64,000 nt of DNA from an uncultured Oscillospiraceae bacterium (GTDB lineage Bacteria > Bacillota > Clostridia > Oscillospirales > Ruminococcaceae). The stretch spans positions 5,355 to 69,354 of the forward strand of contig CATJLA010000101.1 of the NCBI GenBank assembly GCA_949741215.1, given 5' to 3'. Shown here one piece after another: positions 18,952-27,355 of this stretch (position 1 is the first letter of the stretch; the number at the start of each line of letters is the position of its first letter). The position numbers and the translations under genes are program-made. The notes beneath the pieces are model-generated. The model was not told the origin of the DNA. It saw only the letters and a list, made by a program, of their open reading frames with translations, and did not search any database.

Positions 18952-20292
18952 TCAGCCAAGCCGCAAAAACCGCCCGCCGGAGCAGGCTTCCGCCAGGCCC
19001 AGCAGCTCCAGCTCGGTCAGCACTGCCATCAACCGCGCTATGGGGATCCCGGTGGCTCCGGCAATTTCCGCCGGGTAGCAGGGAGTGCTACCTAAACAAA
19101 GATACACCTGCTGCTGCTCAGAAGTCAAGCCCTCCGGCGGCTCTGGGGGCAAATTTCCCCTTTCCAAAAAAGATTTTTCCTCAAAATTGCCTGTCCCCTC
19201 TAAGGCAAAAGGGTTTTCCTCCGGCAAATCCTCTCCCGGCAGAATCGCCCGCCTGCTGTCCGTCTTTGGCAAAGCGGCCGCCTTCCGCTTTTTCTGCGGG
19301 ACAGGAGTGGGCACCTCCAACCGAAGCTGCTCGTTTACCGGCTCCCGCTCTGCCAAGCTGTAATCATACACCGAGAGGATGTCCTCCGGCTTAGCAACCG
19401 GCACAGCCCCCTCCTGCAGAATCTGCACACAATACTGGCCTGCAGGGTTCATCAGGCTCCAGGGCAGTACAAACAGGTCTTTCCCCTGCTCCTGGGCATA
19501 CCGGGCGGTAATGGCCGCCCCGCTTTTAGGGGAAGCCTCCACTACCACCACTCCGGCCGAAAGCCCGGAGATCAGCCGGTTTCTCGGCGGGAACAGCCTG
19601 CCATCCGGGTAAGTATCCGGCGGGTACTCGCTGAGAATCGCCCCCCGATCCCGGGTTTCCATCCGCAGGCCTCGGTTATCTTTGGGGTAATCGGCCAGTA
19701 AGCCGCAGCCCAGCACCCCCACGGTTTTCCCCCCGGCAGAAAGAGCCCCCGCATGGCAGGCAGAATCAATGCCCATAGCCATGCCGCTTACCACCACCGC
19801 GCCGCTTTGGGCAAGGCGGCAGGCCATACGATGTCCCAAAGCGAGCCCCTCGCCAGTAGGAGACCTGGTACCCACCATACCGATCAGCAGTTTATCGGTA
19901 AGCAGATCCGGGTTGCCCCACAGGTACAAAACCAGCGGCACCCCCCGAATCTCCCGCAGCTGCGGCGGAAAGTTTGGGTGGGAAAACGGCAGCACCAGAA
20001 TATCATTTCTCTTACACTGGCGCAAAATTTTCTCTGCCCGCTCATAGTTGGGGCAGGCCAGCTGATCCAGCTTATTTTTGCGCATGGCCGGCATTTTGCG
20101 CCAAGCCCCCTCCCCGGCCTGCAAAAAGCTTTGGGCAGTGGGGTAATTCGCCGTTACATAATCTGCCCGGGTAGAACCAGGCGTAAAAATATCCTGTAAC
20201 GCTATGGCACAGCACAGCTCCTCCTTATGCTCTTGCCCCCACAGATCCTGCTGTTTCAAGCCCTGTTCTCCCCTTCCTGTTACCAAAATCAT
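18952..20292 (-). CDS. dprA: DNA processing protein DprA (Smf)
   Basis: Central Rossmann-like domain with GMVGTRSPT...VVSGMAMGIDSACHAGAL...LFPPRNRLISGLS and a C-terminal winged-helix-like tail. The start is uncertain. Confidence 0.88.
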   Translation of the reverse strand: MILVTGRGEQGLKQQDLWGQEHKEELCCAIALQDIFTPGSTRADYVTANYPTAQSFLQAGEGAWRKMPAMRKNKLDQLACPNYERAEKILRQCKRNDILVLPFSHPNFPPQLREIRGVPLVLYLWGNPDLLTDKLLIGMVGTRSPTGEGLALGHRMACRLAQSGAVVVSGMAMGIDSACHAGALSAGGKTVGVLGCGLLADYPKDNRGLRMETRDRGAILSEYPPDTYPDGRLFPPRNRLISGLSAGVVVVEASPKSGAAITARYAQEQGKDLFVLPWSLMNPAGQYCVQILQEGAVPVAKPEDILSVYDYSLAEREPVNEQLRLEVPTPVPQKKRKAAALPKTDSRRAILPGEDLPEENPFALEGTGNFEEKSFLERGNLPPEPPEGLTSEQQQVYLCLGSTPCYPAEIAGATGIPIARLMAVLTELELLGLAEACSGGRFLRLG

Positions 20293-20333
20293 TTTTCTTC
20301 CGGGGACGTAACAGCAGCCCCATCATCCTCTTG

Positions 20334-20521
20334 CAAAAATTACTGTAGTGCAGCGGAGGTAATTTTAACTGGCATTGCGCAGCAATAACCGTGCGGCAAC
20401 GCGATAGCGTGGTCATTGAAATAGCCGCCCCGATCTTCCTTATTTTCCCTGAAAAGCCATCGGAGAGGGCTTTGTGGCTCTGTGCGCAGCACAGCCGAAG
20501 CCGGAAAACACACAATTTTTG
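20334..20521. repeat. Non-coding repeat family, copy B (long form, ~188 nt)
   Basis: Core CATTGAAATAGCCGCCCCGATCTTCCTTATTTTCCCTGAAAAGCCATCGGAGAGGGC...GCACAGCCGAAGCC. The ends CAAAAATT (20334-20341) and AATTTTTG (20514-20521) are perfectly complementary. It has the same orientation as copy A. Confidence 0.7.
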
Positions 20522-20529
20522 AGTAAAAA

Positions 20530-20545
20530 TGTTTCACGTGAAACA
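20530..20545. other. parS centromere-like site (ParB/Spo0J binding)
   Basis: TGTTTCACGTGAAACA is an exact match to the Firmicute parS consensus TGTTNCACGTGAAACA. It sits inside an 18-bp perfect palindrome and is intergenic. Confidence 0.85.
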
Positions 20546-20726
20546 TTTGTTCCTTGCCGTGAATAGGAACGGGACAAAGCAGCCCATTTATTTTCCCGCG
20601 CTTTCAAAAAAAGCCCTCCATCCCACCAAGCGGCAGCCGGCTATTTTAATACAGTCTATCCAAACCATTTCACCGCAATATTTCGATCGCTTCCAAAGGG
20701 AACGCACCTGCACTGTTTACTATTCG

Positions 20727-21563
20727 CTATACCCTATTACTTGTGGAAGCATTCTCCAATACGCTTTCGCCTCTTCTCATTTCCCACGCAATAATAGCCG
20801 CCGCCACTGCTGCGTTCAGTGATTCTGCCCTTCCCTCCATAGGGATAATCACCGCTGCCGTACATTTCTCGATAAGATCCTCCGGCAGCCCGCTACCCTC
20901 ATTGCCGATTATCACAGCCCCGCCCTCCTTCAGCGGCGCCTGGGTAATTGGCAGGGCATTCCTGTGCAAGGCCGCGGCATACACCAAAATTCCCTGGGCC
21001 CGCATCCCGTCGATGGCAGCGCTTACGTCCAAAACAACCTGCGCCTTTACCCGAAACACCCCGCCCATAGCCGCCCGCAGCACCTTGGAGCTGTATAAAT
21101 CCGGGCAATCTTTGGAGAGCAGCACTCCGTCCAAGGCAAAGGCCTCCGCTGTGCGTAAAATTGCCCCGATATTGCCGGGGTCCTGCAGGGAATTCAGCAA
21201 AAGATACCTGCCCCCTGCCCGAAAGCCGGAAAAGCTGCTTTGGGGGATTGGGCAAACCGCAAAAATTCCCTGGGGCGCAGCAGTATCGCTTAGCTTTTTG
21301 GCAAGCTCCGGGGTAATATCATAACTTTCTGACGTAAGCAACTCCAGTTGTGCCAGAATCTCAGGGTAGCGCTCCCGTCCCTGAGGGGTAGTGAACAGCC
21401 GCAGCGGCCTGATCCCGCTTTGGGCGGCATCCTGGCACAGCCGGGCCCCCTCCACCAGAAACAAGCCCTGCTGTTCCCGGAACCTGCGGGAAGCAAGCAG
21501 TTTGGACGCTTCTTTTATATAACGATTTTCTCTGGAGGTAATCGTCAAACGTATTGTTGCCAT
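20727..21563 (-). CDS. TrmH/SpoU-family RNA 2'-O-methyltransferase
   Basis: SpoU methylase motifs VIIGNEGSGLPEDLI and IPMEGRAESLNAAVAAAI, with an N-terminal substrate-binding domain. Confidence 0.8.
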   Translation of the reverse strand: MATIRLTITSRENRYIKEASKLLASRRFREQQGLFLVEGARLCQDAAQSGIRPLRLFTTPQGRERYPEILAQLELLTSESYDITPELAKKLSDTAAPQGIFAVCPIPQSSFSGFRAGGRYLLLNSLQDPGNIGAILRTAEAFALDGVLLSKDCPDLYSSKVLRAAMGGVFRVKAQVVLDVSAAIDGMRAQGILVYAAALHRNALPITQAPLKEGGAVIIGNEGSGLPEDLIEKCTAAVIIPMEGRAESLNAAVAAAIIAWEMRRGESVLENASTSNRV

Positions 21564-21591
21564 TTTGCCCTGCAGCCCCTTCTTTTTCTGC

Positions 21592-22008
21592 TTACCGCCT
21601 GCCGGTTTTGATAAATTCTATCAGGCTTTCCACATCGTCAAAGTCATCGTAATCGCCGTAAATACCTCTTTTGTGATACTGCACGCCGTTCTGCTCGTTG
21701 CGCTCCAGGCAGCGGTAAAGCTCCTCTACCCCGTACTGTCTGGCAAAGCGGGTAAAGCCGTAGGGCTTGATTTTGGCAAGCATTCCTTTCCGGCAGTCCT
21801 CCTCGCACAAATAGCAGTGGGAGAGCCCTTTTTCCTGGGAGCAAGCATAGTTTTCGCACCAGTTTTTATCCGAGCAGTCCGGGCAGTTTTCCGGCTGGCA
21901 TCCGGTACAGTCTGTATTTTCAGTACATAAGCAGCAGGCCAAACCGCACCTGGCTATTCCAAGCTTTTTCTGCAAATCAATCACTTTCCTATCATCTTTT
22001 TCAGGCAT
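21592..22008 (-). CDS. Cysteine-rich DUF3795-like protein
   Basis: 138 aa with CGLACCLCTENTDCTGCQPENCPDC...CENYAC...CYLCEEDC. The pattern resembles DUF3795-family proteins. Confidence 0.6.
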   Translation of the reverse strand: MPEKDDRKVIDLQKKLGIARCGLACCLCTENTDCTGCQPENCPDCSDKNWCENYACSQEKGLSHCYLCEEDCRKGMLAKIKPYGFTRFARQYGVEELYRCLERNEQNGVQYHKRGIYGDYDDFDDVESLIEFIKTGRR

Positions 22009-22204
22009 AGCCGGTCTGTAGCTCCGGCTTTTTGGGGGGACAGGACTGCACAGCCGTATTCTGTGCGCAAACCGCAGGCCCGCCCAAGCTTTTATACTGG
22101 ATTCTAATAGTTACGCGCAAAGCCTTATTTTTGCATGGGGCATGGCGACGTCCCCTATGCAAAACCATGGCTTTGCACATAAAACCGGCACCTTTTTCGG
22201 CTGA

Positions 22205-22241
22205 TATCAAAAGACGCCCGAGTCCCTGAAGACACGGGCGT
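22205..22241 (-). terminator. Rho-independent terminator after rplT
   Basis: On the minus strand: ACGCCCG-tgtcttcagggact-CGGGCGT followed by CTTTTGATAT. Confidence 0.65.
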
Positions 22242-22335
22242 GGTTTTGACTTGTCTGCCAAGCTCTGAAAGGCCGGCAGCACAGGAGCTTTTCAGAGTTC
22301 ACCCACCCAAGCCGTTAAACAGCGCAGGTGTTTTT

Positions 22336-22689
22336 TTACAGAGCTGCTTTCGCCTTTTCCACCAAAGCGGTAAAGCCGGCTGCGTCATTGATTGCAATTT
22401 CAGAAAGCATCTTTCTGTTCAGGGTGACGTTGGCCTTTTTCAGTCCGTTCATAAAGGTAGAATAGTTGGTGCCGTTCATCCGGCAGGCGGCGGAAATCCG
22501 GGTGATCCACAGGCTGCGGAAGTTTCTCTTCTTCTGCTTTCTGCCGATATAAGCATACTGGCCGGATTTCATCACCGCTTCTTTTGCGGTTCTAAAAAGC
22601 TTGCTCTTGGAGCCGAAGTAGCCCTTAGCCAGCTTTAATACTTTCTTTCTTCTTTTGCGGGTAGACAATGCGCCTTTCACACGAGCCAT
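22336..22689 (-). CDS. rplT: 50S ribosomal protein L20
   Basis: [33 protein letters not shown] is a canonical L20 N-terminus. Confidence 0.97.
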   Translation of the reverse strand: MARVKGALSTRKRRKKVLKLAKGYFGSKSKLFRTAKEAVMKSGQYAYIGRKQKKRNFRSLWITRISAACRMNGTNYSTFMNGLKKANVTLNRKMLSEIAINDAAGFTALVEKAKAAL

Positions 22690-22725
22690 GTTTCTATACC
22701 TCCGTTGCAGGTGATTTATTCTTGT

Positions 22726-22923
22726 TTACTTGTAAGGGAGCAGGGACTTGATTGCCGCAGTGTTGGTCTTATCGGCGTAAGCGCCCTGTCTGAGTCCTCT
22801 TTTGCGCTTAGTGCTCTTCTTGTTGAGGATATGTCTCTTGAAAGCATGGGCACGCTTTACCTTGCCGTTTTTTGTTAAACTAAAGCGCTTCTTCGCGCCT
22901 GTGTGAGTTTTGAGCTTTGGCAT
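22726..22923 (-). CDS. rpmI: 50S ribosomal protein L35
   Basis: [24 protein letters not shown] is canonical L35. Confidence 0.97.
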   Translation of the reverse strand: MPKLKTHTGAKKRFSLTKNGKVKRAHAFKRHILNKKSTKRKRGLRQGAYADKTNTAAIKSLLPYK

Positions 22924-22947
22924 TTTGGATGTCCTCCTTGTGTTTCA

Positions 22948-23463
22948 TTAACGAGCCTTTGGGGAAAGGAATATTACCATGCTGCGTCCTTCCATCTTTG
23001 CGGCTTTTTCCAGCGCTCCGACCTCGGCGCAATACTCTGCAAACCGCTTCAAGAGCGTATCTCCCATTTCCGGGTGAGCCATCTCTCTGCCGCGGAACCG
23101 TACCGAAACCTTTACCTTATCGCCGCTCTTGAGAAACTTCAGCGCATTATTGGCCTTGGTTTCAAAATCATGGGTATCAATATTTAACGAGAGCCGCACT
23201 TCCTTGATCTCCACGGTTTTTTGATTTTTCCTGGCTTCTTTTTCGCGCTTGGCCTGCTCAAAGCGGTACTTGCCGTAATCCATGATCCGGCAGACAGGGG
23301 GCACAGCCTGAGGAGCGATCTTCACCAGATCCAAGTTTTTCTCAATAGCGAGCTTTTGCGCATCCTTTGCGCTCATCACGCCAAGCTGCGCGCCGTCGTC
23401 ACCGACTACCCGTACTTCCTTATCCCGGATCTCCTCATTGATCTGCAGTTCTTTTTTGCTAAT
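22948..23463 (-). CDS. infC: Translation initiation factor IF-3 (ATT start)
   Basis: ISKKELQINEEIRDKEVRVVGDDG...VRFRGREMAHPE. GGAGGTG lies 7 nt upstream of an ATT codon at 23463, which is the classic infC non-canonical start. The track ORF starts 6 codons upstream. Confidence 0.9.
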   Translation of the reverse strand: MSKKELQINEEIRDKEVRVVGDDGAQLGVMSAKDAQKLAIEKNLDLVKIAPQAVPPVCRIMDYGKYRFEQAKREKEARKNQKTVEIKEVRLSLNIDTHDFETKANNALKFLKSGDKVKVSVRFRGREMAHPEMGDTLLKRFAEYCAEVGALEKAAKMEGRSMVIFLSPKAR

Positions 23464-23644
23464 GGTAAAACACCTCCACACACCATTGGTTCAAATAAAC
23501 AGGGCGCAGACAAAACAATTTGCCCACGCCCGCAATATCACAAAATACCGCCCCGGACTGCCCAAGGCTGCTTTTGTGTATTGACCATGCATCCATTACA
23601 TTCGAATGCAGGTGAGAACAAATTATTTGCTCTGCTTTGTTTTC
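23464..23644 (-). promoter_or_regulatory. ~180-nt 5' leader of infC-rpmI-rplT; candidate L20-responsive attenuator
   Basis: It lies between a consensus promoter and the infC RBS. It contains several hairpins and a GGGCG...GCGCCC stem followed by TGTTTATTT. Its identity with the Rfam L20 leader has not been verified. Confidence 0.4.
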
Positions 23645-23650
23645 CTGAGT

Positions 23651-23679
23651 ATTATAGCACGCCTCTGGGCGGCTGTCAA
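23651..23679 (-). promoter_or_regulatory. Sigma-A type promoter for infC operon
   Basis: Minus strand reads TTGACA, a 17-nt spacer, then TATAAT. Both hexamers are perfect. Confidence 0.75.
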
Positions 23680-23787
23680 CACTTTTTTACCTTTTTGTGG
23701 GACGTAAGCGGAAGCTTTATCGCTTTAAGCCTGCAGTTACGTCCCCCAAAACTTTATGATTGGCTCACGGACGCGCGATTTTCCTTA

Positions 23788-26700
23788 TCATGAAGTCTTC
23801 TCCAATTCCTGAGGATTCACCGTGATCTCCCGCTCCAGCCCAAAGGAGTAGATGACGCACTCCTTTACCGGAATGCCTAAGCTCTTTTCCAAAATCTGCC
23901 GGTAAAGCCGCAGCTGAACGCCATACTGCTCCAACAGCTGCTCCGGCCCGGTGACGTAATCGGTTTTGTAGTCCACAATCACGCCGCCGTTTTCCTCCAG
24001 GAACACGCAATCCGCCACACCCTGCAGGGTGGTTTTATCTGTGCCGCGGATGTCCTGCCGGTAACGCCCCAGCTCTTCTTCCCCCATCAGGGCCAAAAAG
24101 CGCAGCTCCCGCCATACCTGCTTTGCCTTAAAAATCCGGGCGGCCAAAGGCCCCTCAAAAAAACGGCGAATCCGCTCCGGGTTAACCGCCTGCCGTTCCT
24201 CCGGCAGCAGGTAGCCCTGCCGCTCCAGGCGCAAAAGCTCCTGCTCGGGGCTTTCCCGGGCGGCAGCGTAGTCACAAAACTGCATAAACTTGTGCAAAGC
24301 GCTGCCCTTTTCCGCCGGGTTCAGCTTTTCCCCCAGCAAAAACCGGGGCCGCTTTTTCAGCCGACGGGACTGCCCCTCCTGTTCCTCTGCCACCTGGGAA
24401 ACCGCCAGCTTTGCCGGCATATTTACCGCAAAGGCGTAGGGATAGGTAAATTCCAACCGGTTTTGAAGCAGGGTGAACAGCTCCTGCTCCCCTTCCCGTG
24501 GAATTTTATTCTGCCGCTGCTGTTCCGGCTGCTGTTCAAACCGGGGCTTTTCCAGCGTCACTTTGAAGGAAGCCTGCCGCCACTCCTCCAAAGCCTCCCC
24601 CTGCCCCAAAGGGGGCAGCCCCAGCAAGCCTCTTGCCTGTTCTGCGTCTGGGTGACGCAGCAATGCCGCCAACAGCCACTCTCCATAGCTTTTGCCCTGG
24701 AGCACCCCAAAGGGAGAAAGCCTGCCTTCCTCTTTGGCCCAGCTGTCCACCCCGGCTGCCAGCCTTGCCGGGTTTTGAGAGGCCATGGTTAAAATCAGGC
24801 ATTCTTTTGCACGGGTTAAAGCCACATACAGCACCCGCATTTCCTCTGAAAGCATTCCCTGCTCCAGCTCCACCCTTACTGCCTCCCGGGGGATGGTGGT
24901 AAACTGCCGGATTGCAGCCTTGTCCCGCCGGACACAGGCAAAGCCCCCCTGGGAATGAAACAGGGTTTTGCCGTTCAGATCGGTTTTATTGAACTGCTTG
25001 CAGCAATCCGCCAGAAAAACGATGGGGAACTGCAGCCCCTTGGATTTGTGAATGCTCATAATCTGCACTACGTCGGCATTTTCTGAAAGGGAAGCAGCCG
25101 GCTCCAGGTCGGCGTCCCGTTCCCGGGCGTCCTCCAAAAAACGCAGAAAGCCGGAAAGCCCCCGGTAACCTGCCCCCTCATAGCGGTAGGCGTAGTCCAG
25201 CAGCAAAAGCAGGTTGGCCCGGCGGCCCTCCCCCTGCTTCATCACCTGCACCATGGAGAGGAAATCGGTCTCCGCATACAGGGCGGAAAGTAGCTCTCGG
25301 GCCGTTAAGGTGGCCGAAAGCTGCCGGTACTTCTGCAAAAACGCCAGCAAATCCGCCGCTTTTTGGTTGCCCTGGGCCGCCCCCAGACGAACCGCGCCAT
25401 ACATAGGCCCCCCGCGCTGCAGCAGACGCAGTGCGGCAGCTTCGTCCGCTGTAAAACCAAACAGGGGCGAGAGCATAACTGCTGTCAAGGGGATGTCCAG
25501 AAAGGGGTTATCAATGGCCCGCAGCAGTGAGACTATTACCGAAACCTCCCGGGAGGACAGATATCCCCCCTGGAGATCCGCCCAGGCGTTTACCCCCAAA
25601 GCCGCCAGCTCCCGGATGTACCGCTCCGCCTTGTCCTTGGGGGAACGGAGCAGGATGCAGATATCCCGGGGGCGTACCGGCTGCATTTTGTCATCACGAT
25701 AGATTTTATATCCAGTTTTAGGCATATAATCGATCCGTTCCGCCACATATCTGGCTTCCGCCTGGGCAGAATCCAGCTCACTTTCCGAAACATCCAGCAA
25801 AACCGCCTCTACACTGGCGTTTTCTCCAGGGGGATAGCTTGCCCCGGGGATCAGCTCTTCCTCTCGATTATAAGCGATTTCACCCACCCGCTCACTCATT
25901 AGCTGAGAGAACAGATAATTCACCCCTCCGGTAATCTCCTCCCGGCTGCGGAAGTTGCGGCTCAACAAGATTTTTGCAGGGAAGGTGCTGCCGTCATAGT
26001 GGGCCCAGCTGTTCTTTTTGGCCAAAAACAGCTCCGGCATGGCCTGACGGAACCGATAGATACTCTGCTTCACATCTCCTACCAGAAAAAGGTTTTTCCC
26101 CTGCCGGGAAATCGCTGCGAAAATCTGCTCCTGAGCCTCGTTGATGTCCTGGCACTCGTCCACCAGAATTTCCTCAAACCGGGCTGCCAGCTCCTTTGCC
26201 AAGGACGAAGGCGCCCGTTCTTCCCCTTCTCCCTCATACAAAAGCCGTAGGGCAAAGTGCTCTAAATCAGAAAAATCCACTGCCTTTTTTTCTCTTTTCA
26301 GGACATCCAGCCGACGGTCAAAATCCAGCGCCAAATCAAACAGGCACTCCACCTTGGGCGCCAGGTCCTCTAAATCCTCCAAAAAGCCCTGCCGGTTTGC
26401 ACAGAATTGATCGGATAGCTTTTCCACAATGTTTTTAGCATTTTGTCTAAGTTCTGTTACCCGTTCCTTTTTAGCCTCGTCCGGGTAGCTCCTCAGCCCC
26501 CCAAGCCGCCCAAAGGAAAAGCCCCATAATCCTGCGCAAAACCCGTCCCAATCCCGGTTTTTGGCAAGCTCCAGCAGGGCGCTTACGTCTCTGCGGTTGT
26601 TCCTAAAGCACTCCCCATAGGCTTTTTCCATAGGTGCATCCCCGGCAAATCGGGCAAGCGCTTCGTCCAAAAAGGCTAAAGCAAAGGCAAGGCCCTCCTC

Positions 26701-27354
26701 CGCCTGGGCAAAAAGCACCTGGGCCCATCGGGTTTCGGCGACGTCCCCTGCCGGGTGGTACTGAGCCAAATTTTTTGCCAGCCATTCCGGGTAAAAGGCG
26801 TGGGAGCGCACAAAGTCATACAGCCGCATCACCGCATCCATCAGCCCTTTATCGCTGCGGGAGTTGGAAAGCAGCTCCACCAGGCTGAGAAACACCGGGC
26901 TGCCCTGACGATAGGCCTCCTCCGCCATTTCCTCCGCTGCCCTTGCCCGCAGAATCCGCATCTCGTTTTCATCGGCAATGCGGAAATCCGGCGGTAAATC
27001 CAACTGCTGAAAGCTGCTGCGGAGCAGTTCTAAGCAGAAGGAGTGGATGGTGCTGATCTGTGCCTGTTCCACCAAAAGCAGCTGCCGGGCCAGGCGGGCG
27101 TCCTCCGGGCGCTGCTCCGAAAGCTGTGCCAGCCGGGCGGAAATCCGCCCCTTCATCTCATTGGCGGCGGCGTTGGAGAAAGTTACTACCAGCAGCTTGT
27201 CAGCGTCTATCGGGTGCTCTTCCTCTAAAATGCGCCCTACCACCCGTTCCACCAAAACAGCGGTTTTGCCGCTGCCTGCCGCTGCGGAAACCAGCACCGC
27301 GCCGCCTCTGGCGTCAATAGCGTTTTGCTGCTGAGGGGTAAATGCAATGGCCAT
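23788..27354 (-). CDS. addA: ATP-dependent helicase/nuclease subunit A (AddA)
   Basis: UvrD-like N-terminus VSAAAGSGKTAVLVERV, 1188 aa, with a C-terminal PD-(D/E)xK-type nuclease region (GVADCVFLEENGGVIVDYKTD). It sits immediately downstream of addB. Confidence 0.92.
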   Translation of the reverse strand: MAIAFTPQQQNAIDARGGAVLVSAAAGSGKTAVLVERVVGRILEEEHPIDADKLLVVTFSNAAANEMKGRISARLAQLSEQRPEDARLARQLLLVEQAQISTIHSFCLELLRSSFQQLDLPPDFRIADENEMRILRARAAEEMAEEAYRQGSPVFLSLVELLSNSRSDKGLMDAVMRLYDFVRSHAFYPEWLAKNLAQYHPAGDVAETRWAQVLFAQAEEGLAFALAFLDEALARFAGDAPMEKAYGECFRNNRRDVSALLELAKNRDWDGFCAGLWGFSFGRLGGLRSYPDEAKKERVTELRQNAKNIVEKLSDQFCANRQGFLEDLEDLAPKVECLFDLALDFDRRLDVLKREKKAVDFSDLEHFALRLLYEGEGEERAPSSLAKELAARFEEILVDECQDINEAQEQIFAAISRQGKNLFLVGDVKQSIYRFRQAMPELFLAKKNSWAHYDGSTFPAKILLSRNFRSREEITGGVNYLFSQLMSERVGEIAYNREEELIPGASYPPGENASVEAVLLDVSESELDSAQAEARYVAERIDYMPKTGYKIYRDDKMQPVRPRDICILLRSPKDKAERYIRELAALGVNAWADLQGGYLSSREVSVIVSLLRAIDNPFLDIPLTAVMLSPLFGFTADEAAALRLLQRGGPMYGAVRLGAAQGNQKAADLLAFLQKYRQLSATLTARELLSALYAETDFLSMVQVMKQGEGRRANLLLLLDYAYRYEGAGYRGLSGFLRFLEDARERDADLEPAASLSENADVVQIMSIHKSKGLQFPIVFLADCCKQFNKTDLNGKTLFHSQGGFACVRRDKAAIRQFTTIPREAVRVELEQGMLSEEMRVLYVALTRAKECLILTMASQNPARLAAGVDSWAKEEGRLSPFGVLQGKSYGEWLLAALLRHPDAEQARGLLGLPPLGQGEALEEWRQASFKVTLEKPRFEQQPEQQRQNKIPREGEQELFTLLQNRLEFTYPYAFAVNMPAKLAVSQVAEEQEGQSRRLKKRPRFLLGEKLNPAEKGSALHKFMQFCDYAAARESPEQELLRLERQGYLLPEERQAVNPERIRRFFEGPLAARIFKAKQVWRELRFLALMGEEELGRYRQDIRGTDKTTLQGVADCVFLEENGGVIVDYKTDYVTGPEQLLEQYGVQLRLYRQILEKSLGIPVKECVIYSFGLEREITVNPQELEKTS

Positions 27355-27355
27355 C

